Below, piece by piece: positions 1-10,603 of a stretch of DNA of 64,000 bases. The notes beneath the pieces were generated by a model. The model worked only from the letters and a program-made list of their open reading frames with translations, was not told where the DNA came from and searched no databases. Every line of letters starts with the position of its first letter. Position 1 is the stretch's first letter. The DNA comes from Spirogloea muscicola (lineage: Eukaryota), in NCBI GenBank assembly GCA_009602725.1, contig WELB01000028.1:166598-230597 (forward strand), read 5' to 3'. The translations under genes were made by a program, and so were the position numbers.

Positions 1-2
1 CG

Positions 3-2635
3 CCGCAGCAGCCACAGCCGGCGCGGCTGCGGCGGCCGAGGGCGGAGGAGGTGTGGGCCTGGCTGGCGGCGGAGGCGGCCGATGACGGCCGCCGCGGCGC
101 CGGCGTCGACGAGCTCCTGGCGGCCTACGAGCGCGAGCACGGAGTACAGCTGCCCGAGGACTTCCGGGGGGCCTGGCTCGCCAGCTTCCGCGACGCCGTG
201 GAGGACCGCCGCGAGCGAGCTCCCTCGTCCGAGCGGCACTCAGACCGGGACGGCCGTGGCGGTCGCGGCGACCGTGGCGGCCGTAGCGGCGGTGGCGGAG
301 GACGAGGCGGCAGCGGCGGCGGACGCGGCGGTGGCGGCGGTCGCGGCGGCCGCGGCGGGCGAGGGCGGGACTCGCTAGGCAACAAGAAGGGCGGCTCTGG
401 CCATGCTGCGCAAGCCGCCGCCTGGCCGGCGCCGCCGGCGAGCTCGGCTCAGGTGAAGGCCATGACGGGCCTCGGGCGGTGGCTGGCACGGCTGATGGCC
501 AAGCCGCACCCCGCCGACGGCTACGACCCCGTCAAGCTGGGCAAGCTGTACGAGCAGGACACCGACTGCCGGTTCGACCACAGGTGGCTCGGCTTCCAGA
601 AGCCTCAGGAGGTCTTCGCCCAGTTCCCCAGGGTGCTCACCTTCTGGAAGTTTCCTGGGGACAAACCATTCCGTTTCTGCTTTCGCATCCTCCCAGCTGC
701 CATCGAGCCACCTCCACCAGCCATGGCCGCTTGGCCCTTCAGTCCAGTCAGTGCGGTCACGTACCCGCCACACACATGGCCGAGCAAGGACTACCTCCGG
801 CACTGCAAGCGGCTCCGGTCCGTGAGCCAGGCGGAGGCGCTGTGCGCGGACGTGTGCTGGTTCCTGGGCACTTCTGTGTTCAGGCCCGGAGCGCCCCGCC
901 AGGAAGTCGATGTCGGCCCCTTGCTCGTGCGCTTCGAGGAGGAGTACTGCTGGAAGACTGACATCGCCACATTCACTGCCGAGCTCAGTTGCTGCCTCAA
1001 AGACTTTGCTCGCTCGCCAGATAACAGCATCTTGAGTCCATCGGCCGTGGCCATTAGCATGACTTCGCCTGGTGGACAGCTTCCAAGCCCAGAATACAAT
1101 GGGGACTTTGATGAACCAAGGGCACGGAGAGACGAAAATGAGCGGATGAGTGCCGTGGATGAGTACCGCGCCGAGCAGCTGAGCCCACTCTGTGGCCATG
1201 CTCCTGAGCTGGGTTCGCCTTCTGCAAGTAGTCCATCTGTGCCGCCAATGGTGCAGCAGCCTCGGGATGTTGACCATGGTCGCCTACATCAGGTGCAAGA
1301 AGCCGGATCCCTCATCGTGATTCGCCCAAGTATCTGTTGCAAGTGAAGGAGGATTGCATAGTCATATTGTGCTCAATCATATCCACGAGCTACAGAGGTA
1401 TACGGCACGATTGAGAGTGCCAGATTAAGTTCCTCACTAGCTGTTGGTGCCGTGCACTCAGCTCCTTCTGCCACTGAAGTAGCACGGTGTCCGACCAATG
1501 TGCAGCCAGCCGCAAGTGATCAAAGTGTTCGACGGACTTGGCCTCTGCCGCTTAAATTGCAGGAGGGCCTGGCGAAAGCAGATGTGCATAGAGATAATCT
1601 TATGACGACTTCTGTCGACGTTGGCGCCCGCAAGAGGAGCTCTCAGGAAGCCTTGGAGGGAAATGAGAAGCTGGCAGGTGCCTCGAAGAGGCCCAAGACG
1701 CTTGAAGTGAGCAGGGATGTGCCTGACTCCAGCGCCGCTCAATTTCAGCAATCGTTGCTGGAACAACCTGCATCTCCATTGGTCGAGCAAAAGCCTTCTG
1801 GAGGGGTTGAGACCAGGAAAGACTACAAGATACCCCAATCTATCAGGCTACATCAAGTAAACAAGCTTCCTCACTGTCAATGTGAAGTATGCCCTTGCTT
1901 GTTTGGGAGAGCATGCAAAGTCAAGGTCAGGTATTTGCTGTTTCCGTGTGAATAAGTGGCAAGTTGGCCTTGGAAAGCGGCCTCGGTGGTTGTACAAATC
2001 AGGATATGCCGAGGCGGTAGTAGCTAGGTGTCAAAGCACGGCTGCAGCTCTCATTAGTCGTGCTTCATTCATACATGAGCATCTACTTGCTACGGGGTTG
2101 CACATATATCTATAGCAAGGTGGTCAATTTGTCGAACTTTTTGCAAGCCTAACTGCTCCCAGCAATCTAATTGCCAATTGGAACCTTGGTCAAGTCTAGG
2201 AGACCTGCAAGTGGATTGTCTGCAAGTGTTGCCCTGCTACTCTTACAATGTCTATTGTATGCTTGAAGGAGGACGTGCTGGCAATCAAGGGTGTACAGTC
2301 CAGCAAGGTTGGCTCACATGGAGGGCAACTGCAAGGGATGAAAGCAGTGGATGCTCAGCTTACACAGCAGAGGGTTCTGCTGCAAGCAAGTGAAGACCAC
2401 GTCGATGGGCAAATGATTGAAGCAATGGTAGCTGAGCAAGATCCAGCGGATGGAGGGGTCGCTGATGATGAGCCAGCTCTTGACGCTCTTGATCAGGAGG
2501 TTAGAAGGGCGGAGTTGCAAGCTTTGGAAGGACGAGCTAGACTGGCAATGTTGAAGCTTAAGCAGCACGTACGGTACAAAGCTGTATGAAGAGTTACAGC
2601 AGGTAATTGGGGATATCAAGACTTACAACGAATGA
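3..2635 (+). CDS. LOTUS/OST-HTH-like, RGG-rich, C-terminal coiled-coil protein, paralog 1 (5' end outside window; frameshift near 3' end)
   Basis: Frame is open from base 3. Likely exons are ~3-1278, 1441-1856 and 2269-2589/2635. Contains an RGG tract and GYDPVKLGKLYEQDTDCRFDHRWLGFQKPQEVFAQFP (LOTUS-like pattern). Clear similarity to the gene at 5518-8423 (QVKxMxGxGRWLARLMA, YLxHCxR, AELQAL...LKL). Confidence 0.65.
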
Positions 2636-2799
2636 GCTTCCATCTATCTGTTTAGAGTTGAGTCTTGACAAACAAATGAACACTACATCAAGACATCTAC
2701 CCTTGCAAGATGGGAGCTTGGTATAGTCGACCCCTGCTTGGCAAGTGGACGGACTGTCATAGGTCCATAAATGTTGCCCCTGTGAGGTGCTTGGCTGCG

Positions 2800-3035
2800 C
2801 AGTGATAGTTAAGTAGTATTGCTGTAATCAGAAGTCCTGTTTATCATGCTCGTAGTAAGCATATAGAGATTCAACAATACTTCATCAGAGAAAAGGTAGA
2901 CAAAGGAGTCATCAAATTGCAATACTGTAGTATAACAGATGTGACTGCAGATAATCCGACCAAGGGCTTGCCTAAGCCCAAGTATGATAGATGTAGAAGT
3001 TTACTAGGTCTGGCTGATCCCATTTCAAGTGGGAG
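2800..3035 (+). mobile_element. Ty1/copia RNase H C-terminal remnant plus polypurine tract
   Basis: Translates as SIAVIRSPVYHARSKHIEIQQYFIREKV...VTADNPTKGLPKPKY...LLGL (copia HxRxKHI and ADxxTK motifs). Followed by AAGTGGGAG (3027-3035) and then TG. Confidence 0.85.
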
Positions 3036-3687
3036 TGTAGAATGTGGTGATACGATGAACCAGGGAAATATTTAAGCAGCCCAGTTAGCCGAAGGAGCGC
3101 TCCCTGAAAATGTCGATGTTCCGGCACATCTGGCTCATCTTAATTCAAAGGCCACGCGGTGCTTCCGTGCGCCATAGCCATGGCTGCCACTTCCCTTGGG
3201 TGAGGGCGGAGTCTGTGCTAGTCTAACTGCTGTCTGCCGCCATGAGCGAATCTGCGTCTGTGCCGCCGAGACAAGGGCGGTCTGCTGCTCCTGTTGAGAA
3301 TGGCAAATGTCCGATGGAGGACTCTGACTGGAGAAAGCAAGAATCTGAGTGTCGATTACAGCAGACAGGAGCAAGAACAGGAGCAGCTAGACCAAGATAT
3401 CTATAAAAACGGCAAATAGGCTGCCGGCATGCCCATCTCGACTGGAAGCATATCCTCATGTCGTGCATATCCTAGACTTGCCATGTTATCGAGTAGGGTA
3501 TAAAAACGAAGACCCATGCAGCCAGCTGTCAATTGCGGGCTGGTAGTCGGTGATCGCTGCAGCGTAGTCACAGGAGTGCTGCAACTCTCTCAGCTCTGCA
3601 CTTCCTCACTGCGTGGCCAGCAGTGTGGATCGACGCTGAGCACTTGTGCCTTAATACGGAATTGTTGTACGCCTCCGTCACAAACAC
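3036..3687 (+). mobile_element. probable 3' LTR of the copia remnant
   Basis: Starts TGT directly after the PPT, with TATAAAA at ~3402 and ~3498. The ...ACA end position is uncertain. Confidence 0.45.
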
Positions 3688-3729
3688 ATCGACCGAGTCT
3701 TGTGGACGACACAGACGAGACGGACCAGA

Positions 3730-5446
3730 GGGAGAGGAAGGGCTCGCCCGTTGAGGAGAGGGGCTGGGAAAAGCCAGCCCGAAAAAGAATGAACAAAGTA
3801 CGAGAAGGGGCCAGGGGAAGCACGAAAGAAAAACAAGCACTAAAAGATACTCAGCAGCTACGAAGCACTCAGTAACCCCTGCTAAGCAGCCTCAGGTCAG
3901 AGAATCTTGGCTCCTGGAAGCGGGTCACCTGGGCAGAGCCAGAGGCAGCAGCGAGGGCTCTTCCAGCACGCAGGTGCAGCGCGCGGGCCGTAGACCGCTG
4001 CAGCGAAACGGCCAAGCGCATGCGGGACACCTGCGCTAGCGACCCGGCTGCATGAAAGTCCACCGGCTCCCCATGGAAGCGGCGGACGATGGCGTGACGT
4101 GAGAGCTGGTTGAGCAGCTCGAGCCACCGAGCGCGCCCAACGCCCCGTGCGTGTCGATGGCGAGCGGGCAGGACTCGTCTTCCCGCGGGTGATCTGCGTA
4201 CTTGAGCTCCTTGGCCAGTTACCCAGTTAATAGGACATTTGTAAGGCTAGAATTGGCCTCCCTTTTGTTTTCATGCGCACCGCGCGCCTTCTCTCTTGGC
4301 CGGAAGCGCCCGCTCCACTTGCTGCTGTCTCAGTCCTCAGCACTCCGGCTCCTTCAGACCTTGTCCATTCCTTTGGGCTGGCCTCTCCCAGCCACCAGTT
4401 AATCTGGCCGCGCTTGCTTTCTTGGCCCGAGCGGCGCAGAAGAAGTGGCTCTCCCAATGGGGGCAAGGGCTGTGAGAAGCCAGCCCGAAAAGAATTGACA
4501 AGGTTCGAAGGGGCCAAAGTACGAGCTAAGCAGCGACTTCGGGGCCTGAAGAGGCTATGGCAGGACGGGGGAGGATGGACCACTCAGTAGTTACGAGTGA
4601 GGAGCCTCCGACAGACAAGCTGCCGAAAAACTATCCCCCTGACGAAAGCCGGAGGCCGCAGCGAGAGCACGGCCAGCACGCAGATGCAAGGCGTGGGCCA
4701 TGGACAGCTGAAGGGAGACGGACAATCGCATACGATATACCTGAGCCCACGAGCCAGCGGCGTTGAAGTCAGCCGGCTCACCGCGCCTGCGGGGCACAGC
4801 GCGCCGTGCAAGAAAGAAAGAAGTGGCTCTCCCAATGGGGGCAAGGGCTGTGAGAAGCCAGCCCGAAAAGAATTGACAAGGTTCGAAGGGGCCAAACAAG
4901 CGCGCCGTGCAAGCCTGGCCAGCAGGTCGAGCCAGTGGGACCCGAGAGCCCCGTGCACGTCCACAGCCAGGGGGACGAACTCATCGGCAGCCGGGTGGTC
5001 GGCGTGTTGTTGGGCTGGCTTTGCCAGCCCCTCTTCTCTATGGGCGCGCACTTCTCTCCGTTTGGCGCAGGCTACCGCATACCCAGCCTTAGAGGCATAC
5101 TGGGCGGGGCGTGAGTGGGCACCACGTCAAGGAAGAGGGAGAGGAAGACTCTTCCGGTAGAGGGCGATGGCCGTGGTTGGCCAGCCCAGAAAGACAACGA
5201 ACAAAGTTTGGAGACTAGTTTTCTCCGACCGGCGGTTGCTCAACTGGGGATGTTGAGATTCCAGTGGCCACTTCGGTCGCTGTGCGCTTTAGCGCCTCTT
5301 GGCCCCTTCGTACTCAGTTCATTCTTTTGTGCTGGCCGATCACGGCCATCGCCCGTCGCTCAGCCTGTGGCTCCGTCATGAACACCGTCCATGCATCTGG
5401 CTGGCTTTCACAGACGCTCCTTTAATGTCAGCAGCCGCTTTTCTTC
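3730..5446. mobile_element. nest 1 of 5'-truncated CRE-like (RLE) non-LTR retroelements, at least 8 fragments on both strands
   Basis: Minus-strand peptides AKELKYADHPREDESCPLAIDTHGALG...RMRLAVSLQRS...DLRLLSRGY* (3869-4215) and FVPLAVDVHGALG...RMRLSVSLQ (4584-5005). Repeated GGGCTGGC..CAGCC 3' ends with TTCT tails. TSDs at 4798/4899 and 4294/4420. Confidence 0.85.
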
Positions 5447-5517
5447 ACTGGAAGAGCCTTTCGCCCCTGGCAGCCAGTCGCCGCCTCCGCCTCCGGCGGC
5501 GGCGGCGGCGGCGCAGG

Positions 5518-5842
5518 ATGGCGAGCCACCCCTGGGGCTTCAACTGGCGTCCGGGCAGCCTTTCGGCAGCTCCGCATCTGGTGACTGTGGCGGCGGCGGC
5601 GGTGGAAGCGGCAGCGGCGGCTCCAGCGCCGCCGCCGCACGTCCCTGCCANGAGGATTTGCTCAGGCTCCTGGCGCCCGCCGCGCTCGGTGGTGCCGGCC
5701 ATGGCGCCGGCGCCGAGGAGAAGCCGGCGGCTCACGAGCAGGCGCGCAGCGACCGGCTCTCCAACGACGTGCGGCACCGCTTGCCCACTATCGTCGTGCC
5801 TGCCAGCGAGGGGTCCACGTCTGCAGCTGCGAGCTCCGCCGC

Positions 5843-5873
<31 letters not shown>

Positions 5874-8423
5874 ATGGCCCCGTGGAAGCAGCCGGCGCGA
5901 GCAGAGGCAGGCCGAGCAGCGGCCAAGTACGCCCCCGCCGAGCGCCCCAAGCCGCGGCGCAGCCTGTCGCCGAGGCTGCCGCCGGCCAGCTCGGAGCAGG
6001 TGAAGGTCATGGCCGGCATCGGGCGGTGGCTGGCGCGGCTCATGGCCGCGCGCGCGGCGGCGGCGGGCTACGAGAACTCGGGCGTGCGGCACCTGTTTGA
6101 GAGGGAGACGGGGCGCGCGATCGACCTCAAGATGCTCGGATTTGCGCAGCTAACCGCTCTATTTGCCAAGTTTGACTGCGTTTTGACCATCTGGCACTTC
6201 CCCAAGGGCTCGCCCTGCCGCCTCTTCCCCCCCAACGTGAAACCGCCGCCGGAGGCCCGTAGACACGCCCCGTTCGAGGGCGGCTGCTTCGTCGACTACC
6301 CCCCGGCCGTGTTCCCGTCCGAGGAATACCTCCAGCACTGCCGGAGGTACCGGGACGCCTCCAAGATGGTGGCGCTGCTGGCGGACTTCCACTACTTTCT
6401 GGACAAAGTGCTGGAAGGTCCCGAGGCTCGGGATGGGCTGTTTGTCGAGTCGCTGCTGGAGCGATTCGGCGCAAACTACTGTTGGAGGGTGGACGACAGG
6501 CAGGGGCCTGCTCACAGGGCCCACCTGTATGACTGCGTCAGAGCGAGGGCCTGCTTGACGGACTCTGGGTATGTGTATCAGCGCCCGTCAGCTGCGGCTG
6601 GCGAGGTTTGCACGTCCATGCAGACGACTGCAACGCCCTCCGACAACCATCCGGACACGGATGACGCATGCGCAAAGAGGCATCCGCATCCCCGTGCCGA
6701 AGTGGCTGGTGATTGCCCTCAAGGCGTAGCTCCTGGTTGGACGCTCGACGTGCCTCCACGTCACGACGACGCAGGCAGTCACCAGTATGAGGCGCAGAGT
6801 TCAGGTGCTGGCACTTTGGCTTCGCAAGTGGCCTCACCCTCTGCAAGTAGCCAATCTCTGTCGCTAGCAGCATGGCAGCCGCAGCAGGCTGCTGAAAGCA
6901 GGCCGTTACCTGCGACACTTGGAGCAGCTCACTCCATGCTTGACGCAAAGAGGACAGAAGTCCTGTTGCCCGTCAAGCAGGAGAATGACGCGCCAAGCAG
7001 GGCGCAGCCCCGTCCAGCTTCTCAACAGGCTTCTCGTGAGAAGCTGGACGTTGTTGTGAGCAGAGATGCAGCTCAATCAGCGGACATGGGCACTGGTCAG
7101 CCGGTGCCCATCAATACCTCGCAAGTGGCTGTTGCAGTTGCAGGAACTGCAGTGGAGGCTCAGATTAAGACGGGAGGGGACAGTGTGCAGCCTGGTGAGA
7201 CCTTTTCGTCTGTGTTGGGTGCAAGGCGTGTGCTGCCCAAGTCAGAGATCCCGGAGGAGCAGCTAGAAGGGCATGGAGTTTTTCTGGCAGGGACCGGCAC
7301 TCCTGTAGCTCGGGCAGAGAACAAACGAAGCTTGGCTTTGGTATCAGAGGAGGATATGGAGCTGGAAGATCCAGTGAAGAAGCCCAAGATATCAGATGCA
7401 GGTGTGCCAGATTCCATACCACTCCTGGATAATGTGCCGGCTGAAGATGCCACTTTGGCGCAGAGTTCTGACAAGCTGCATGCACAAGAAGACAGTCATC
7501 AAGTCACTATCGCCGAAGAGGTGTGGCCAGTTTGATTTCTGCATTCAGCTGCCTGCGCTTCTTGATCAGTGGTTGAACGTTGGGTGTGATGAGGAATTTG
7601 TCATAGCCTAGATTGCAAGTCTCTATCAACACTGAGTAGAGGGACAGTACTGGCTCATCAGCCAAGCAATTTTGTGCTATTTTACAACTGCATGTGTCAT
7701 GTAGCTTGTGGGCACTGCATTTCTGAGTGGGGGGCACGAGGGTGGGGGGGGTGGAAGGAGGAGGGAGGTGCAGGTTTGGGGGAGAGGGCGCTGGGCTGGA
7801 CAGGGGCTGGGCAAGCTGGTACCGCAGCCTCTAACCTACTAGCAATCATGCCACTAGTTTGCCCTGTAGCACACGAAAGTCTAGTTGGACCTGCAGCTTA
7901 GCTGTACATAGAAGAGAATTTAGTCCACAAGTTTGTGTCATGTGCAATGGTCGTCGGATGTTTTTGGAGCATTCTTCTTGCCATTGTCATCCATTTCAAC
8001 ATGCTTTTGATTATTCTCTGCTTGCAGGACAAGGGCACTGCCAAAGCACAGGTCACTCCAGCCAGTCAGGCCGCAGTGCAGGTGGAGAGAAGTACAATTG
8101 CAGACTTGCCCCAGACTGGCTCACAGCAAGTAGAGGAGATGGTGCTGCACGGCAGTCGGGCCGCTTTGCCAGCAAAAGTGTCAGATGTAGCTGAGCTACA
8201 TACAAGAGCTTCTGCAAGAGCTGATGCAGAGCAGGAAGCTGACGACTTGTGTCAGGAGGTTGCAAAAGCAGAGTTGCAAGCACTTCTGCAACTAGGAAAG
8301 GTGGCATTGTTGAAGCTCAGAGTGCATGAGCGCCAGGGCCAAAAGTTGTATGCTGAGTTGGAGCAGATTATGGCTGACATTAAGGTACATGGCCATAAGG
8401 TGAGCAGGTTGTCGCTGCCTTGA
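5518..8423 (+). CDS. LOTUS/OST-HTH-like, C-terminal coiled-coil protein, paralog 2
   Basis: Long ORF to a donor at 7521, acceptor at 8027, last exon 8028-8423 in phase 0. Contains GYENSGVRHLFERETGRAIDLKMLGFAQLTALFAKF. Start is uncertain (ATG 5518 or 5874) because of the n at 5651. Confidence 0.7.
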
Positions 8424-9352
8424 CCATTCCGCTTGGATCTACACGCAGCTGATTGTGCTTTCCTTGTATAGCATGGCTGACGTCAAGGTTCATAGTCAGA
8501 TGGTTAGCAGGTTGACGATACCTTGAATATATAGCTGTAGAAACAGATTGTATGTCAAGCTTTCTTGATGTGAAAGCATTTTTATGTAGGTCATTAAGTT
8601 CGTTGCAAGATTGTATCATGTAATGTCACATACTAGCAGCACTGGGACTGGTATTAGACATTGCGGCTTTGGTCTGACAAGCTTGTCCTTGTTGTTACTT
8701 CCGCAGCATCTGCCTTCATGGGATGATGATTTAGCCGGTAGTGGTGCAGCGCGGTCACATTCCGTGAAGTGAAGATGCAGGGCCTGGAAGGTGATACTGA
8801 GAATCCTCATCATGTAGTAATGGTACACAGCAGCTTATGCTTCTGTCCAGGTCTGTCGGCCCCACGTACAAAATTTGGAAAACGTTGCCGAAGTCATGCA
8901 CAGCACCTAGAGACGAGCCCAGTGCAGCTCTTCCAAGGTGCAACAAAAGCTGCATGCTTGATATATACTTGACATATACTTAATTTTGCTCACAAGTCCT
9001 GGAATTGACTAGCTCTCAAGATGTAAAAGAGTTGCACAGGGCATGTAAATCATAGAAAAGTTTGATGTAGAACTTTGCCCTTAGTATAACACTTATTGGT
9101 GCACATCGGCACAATACTCGTGGCCCGCTCTAGACTCCCAAGACAGTCCCTCCTCCGCATCTCTTCGGCCAACAAAGAACGTCATATGAGTTCAGAGTCA
9201 CGAGGGTGTCAAGATTAGTATTATACAGGGAGCAACCAGTAGCCAGTGATGACTTCAATGGGAGATCAACTGAATAACATGGTAGCCCTTTGAAGCCCTT
9301 TTAAGCAGTGTGTATTAGATATATCCTGCCCTGCATTACCTACTACAGAACC

Positions 9353-9385
9353 AGAAGCAAGCGCGGCCAGATTAACTGGTGACCA
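9353..9385 (-). repeat. very short 3'-terminal fragment of CRE-like family E
   Basis: agaagcaagcgcggccagattaactggtg is the reverse complement of the end seen at 4392-4420 and 52633-52660. Confidence 0.7.
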
Positions 9386-9445
9386 GAGGAATACATAGTC
9401 TGTACGAGTTTGTGGCGGTCTGCATAAAAGGACTAGCTGCTCATT

Positions 9446-10259
9446 CTAAGAGCTATCCCTACTGATGGACCCTCCAGATGGGATCCTGGGCTTGGAGGCC
9501 TCACTGTGGCCCTGCACGCCACCGCCTTGCTGGGGCTGCACAGCTGCCGAGTGCGTGGGTCCTTCAGGGTGGTGAATCTGGTCTTTGTCCTGCTCAGTCG
9601 GCACAGTGGGAACCTTCTTGCCAAGACCAAGTCTGTTTATCTTGCCCTCTGGGTCCAGGCGCGAAGCCGTTGGCCGGTACGACAGCAGGAACCACCCTAG
9701 GCCTGCAGGCCGCCAGAGCGGCGCGAGAACTCAATAAAGGTCAAATGCCCTCAAAAGGAAGCAACAGCTAGTGACCAACACCAATACACCGCACTCGTGC
9801 ACTTGGAGCACGTCAGCGCAGTTGAGCGACAATACTAGTGTATTTGTGCTGTTACTGACGACTTTATTGATGGAGAAAGACGTCAATTTGACAGCTTGAC
9901 CCACAACAACACAAAAAGATAGCCACTCGAGGCGCCTCTTGCTTGGCATCACAAAGCTGGACTTCCATTAGTTGGTGGCAGACGGGCTTGCTGTTCGCTT
10001 TTGGGCTCTCTTTAAAGTCTCACCAATTTCAAGAGGCCTTCAAAGTCCTGACTCAGCAAGCTAGCATGCCATCATGACCACGTGAGTCTATGCATCAGAA
10101 CTGCTATCGATTCGGAACGGTTGCCACGGAAAGGCACGCACCCAGAGCAGCCATGCCGGTGACGAAGATGAGGCCCTGGCGGGTCCTCTGGTCCACCCCG
10201 GGCCGCAGGAGCTTGAACGCCGGGCTGCCCTCCCGCTGCAGCGTGTCGTCCCGCGCCAT
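9446..10259 (-). CDS. small (124 aa) single-pass membrane protein of unknown function, 2 exons
   Basis: Exons 10259-10142 and 9702-9446 join through a phase-1 GT..CAG intron. This gives MARDDTLQREGSPAFKLLRPGVDQRTRQGLIFVTGMAALGLGWFLLSYRP...RDSS*, with one hydrophobic helix spanning the junction. Preceded by a GCC-rich leader. Confidence 0.65.
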
Positions 10260-10494
10260 CTCGCGCCGCCGTCGTCGCCTACGAGAGGCGGAGCCGGGGG
10301 GGCCTGCGCCGCGGGCAGCGCGCCTNCCTGGCGGCGGCGGCGGCGGCGACGGCGGCGGCGGAGGCGGCGGCGGCGACGTGGGGGGCGTTGGCCGGAGGCG
10401 AGGTGGCTTCCTGGGGAGCTGACCGCGAGCTGGACGCTCCGCGGCCGCGGCACGTGGAGGAGCCCGGGGGTGGGGTCCCTACCCCGCTACTAAT

Positions 10495-10562
10495 CTCATG
10501 ATCACAACCTGTGTGAGCACCTGGCTTTTACTGCCACTCATTTAATAAAAGCAGCCGCATTC
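10495..10562 (+). repeat. diverged 3' end of CRE-like family F
   Basis: ctggcttttactgccactcatttaataaaagcagccgc aligns with ctggctttcacagccgctcttttaatatcagcagccgc (reverse complement of ~18455-18495) and with 5401-5438. Confidence 0.65.
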
Positions 10563-10603
10563 CGTTTTCCTTTCCCCTCCCGGGAGCTGCAGGCCGCGCC
10601 GCC

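Noticed and set aside
4438..4520. 3' motif as an HDV-like or hammerhead ribozyme
   Set aside because: GGC-N8-GCC mimics HDV P3/L3, but I found no upstream P1 partner and the L3 U-G/CC pattern is missing. The antisense CTGTGA...GAAA lacks the CUGANGA core and stem II.
3730..5446. tRNA-derived SINEs or MITEs
   Set aside because: No A/B boxes or terminal inverted repeats were seen. 5' ends are variable truncations that run into the ORF.
5391..5517. ORF-track start MHLAGFHRRSF as the true N-terminus of paralog 2
   Set aside because: It is family F UTR sequence, and the frame continuity depends on the n at 5651.
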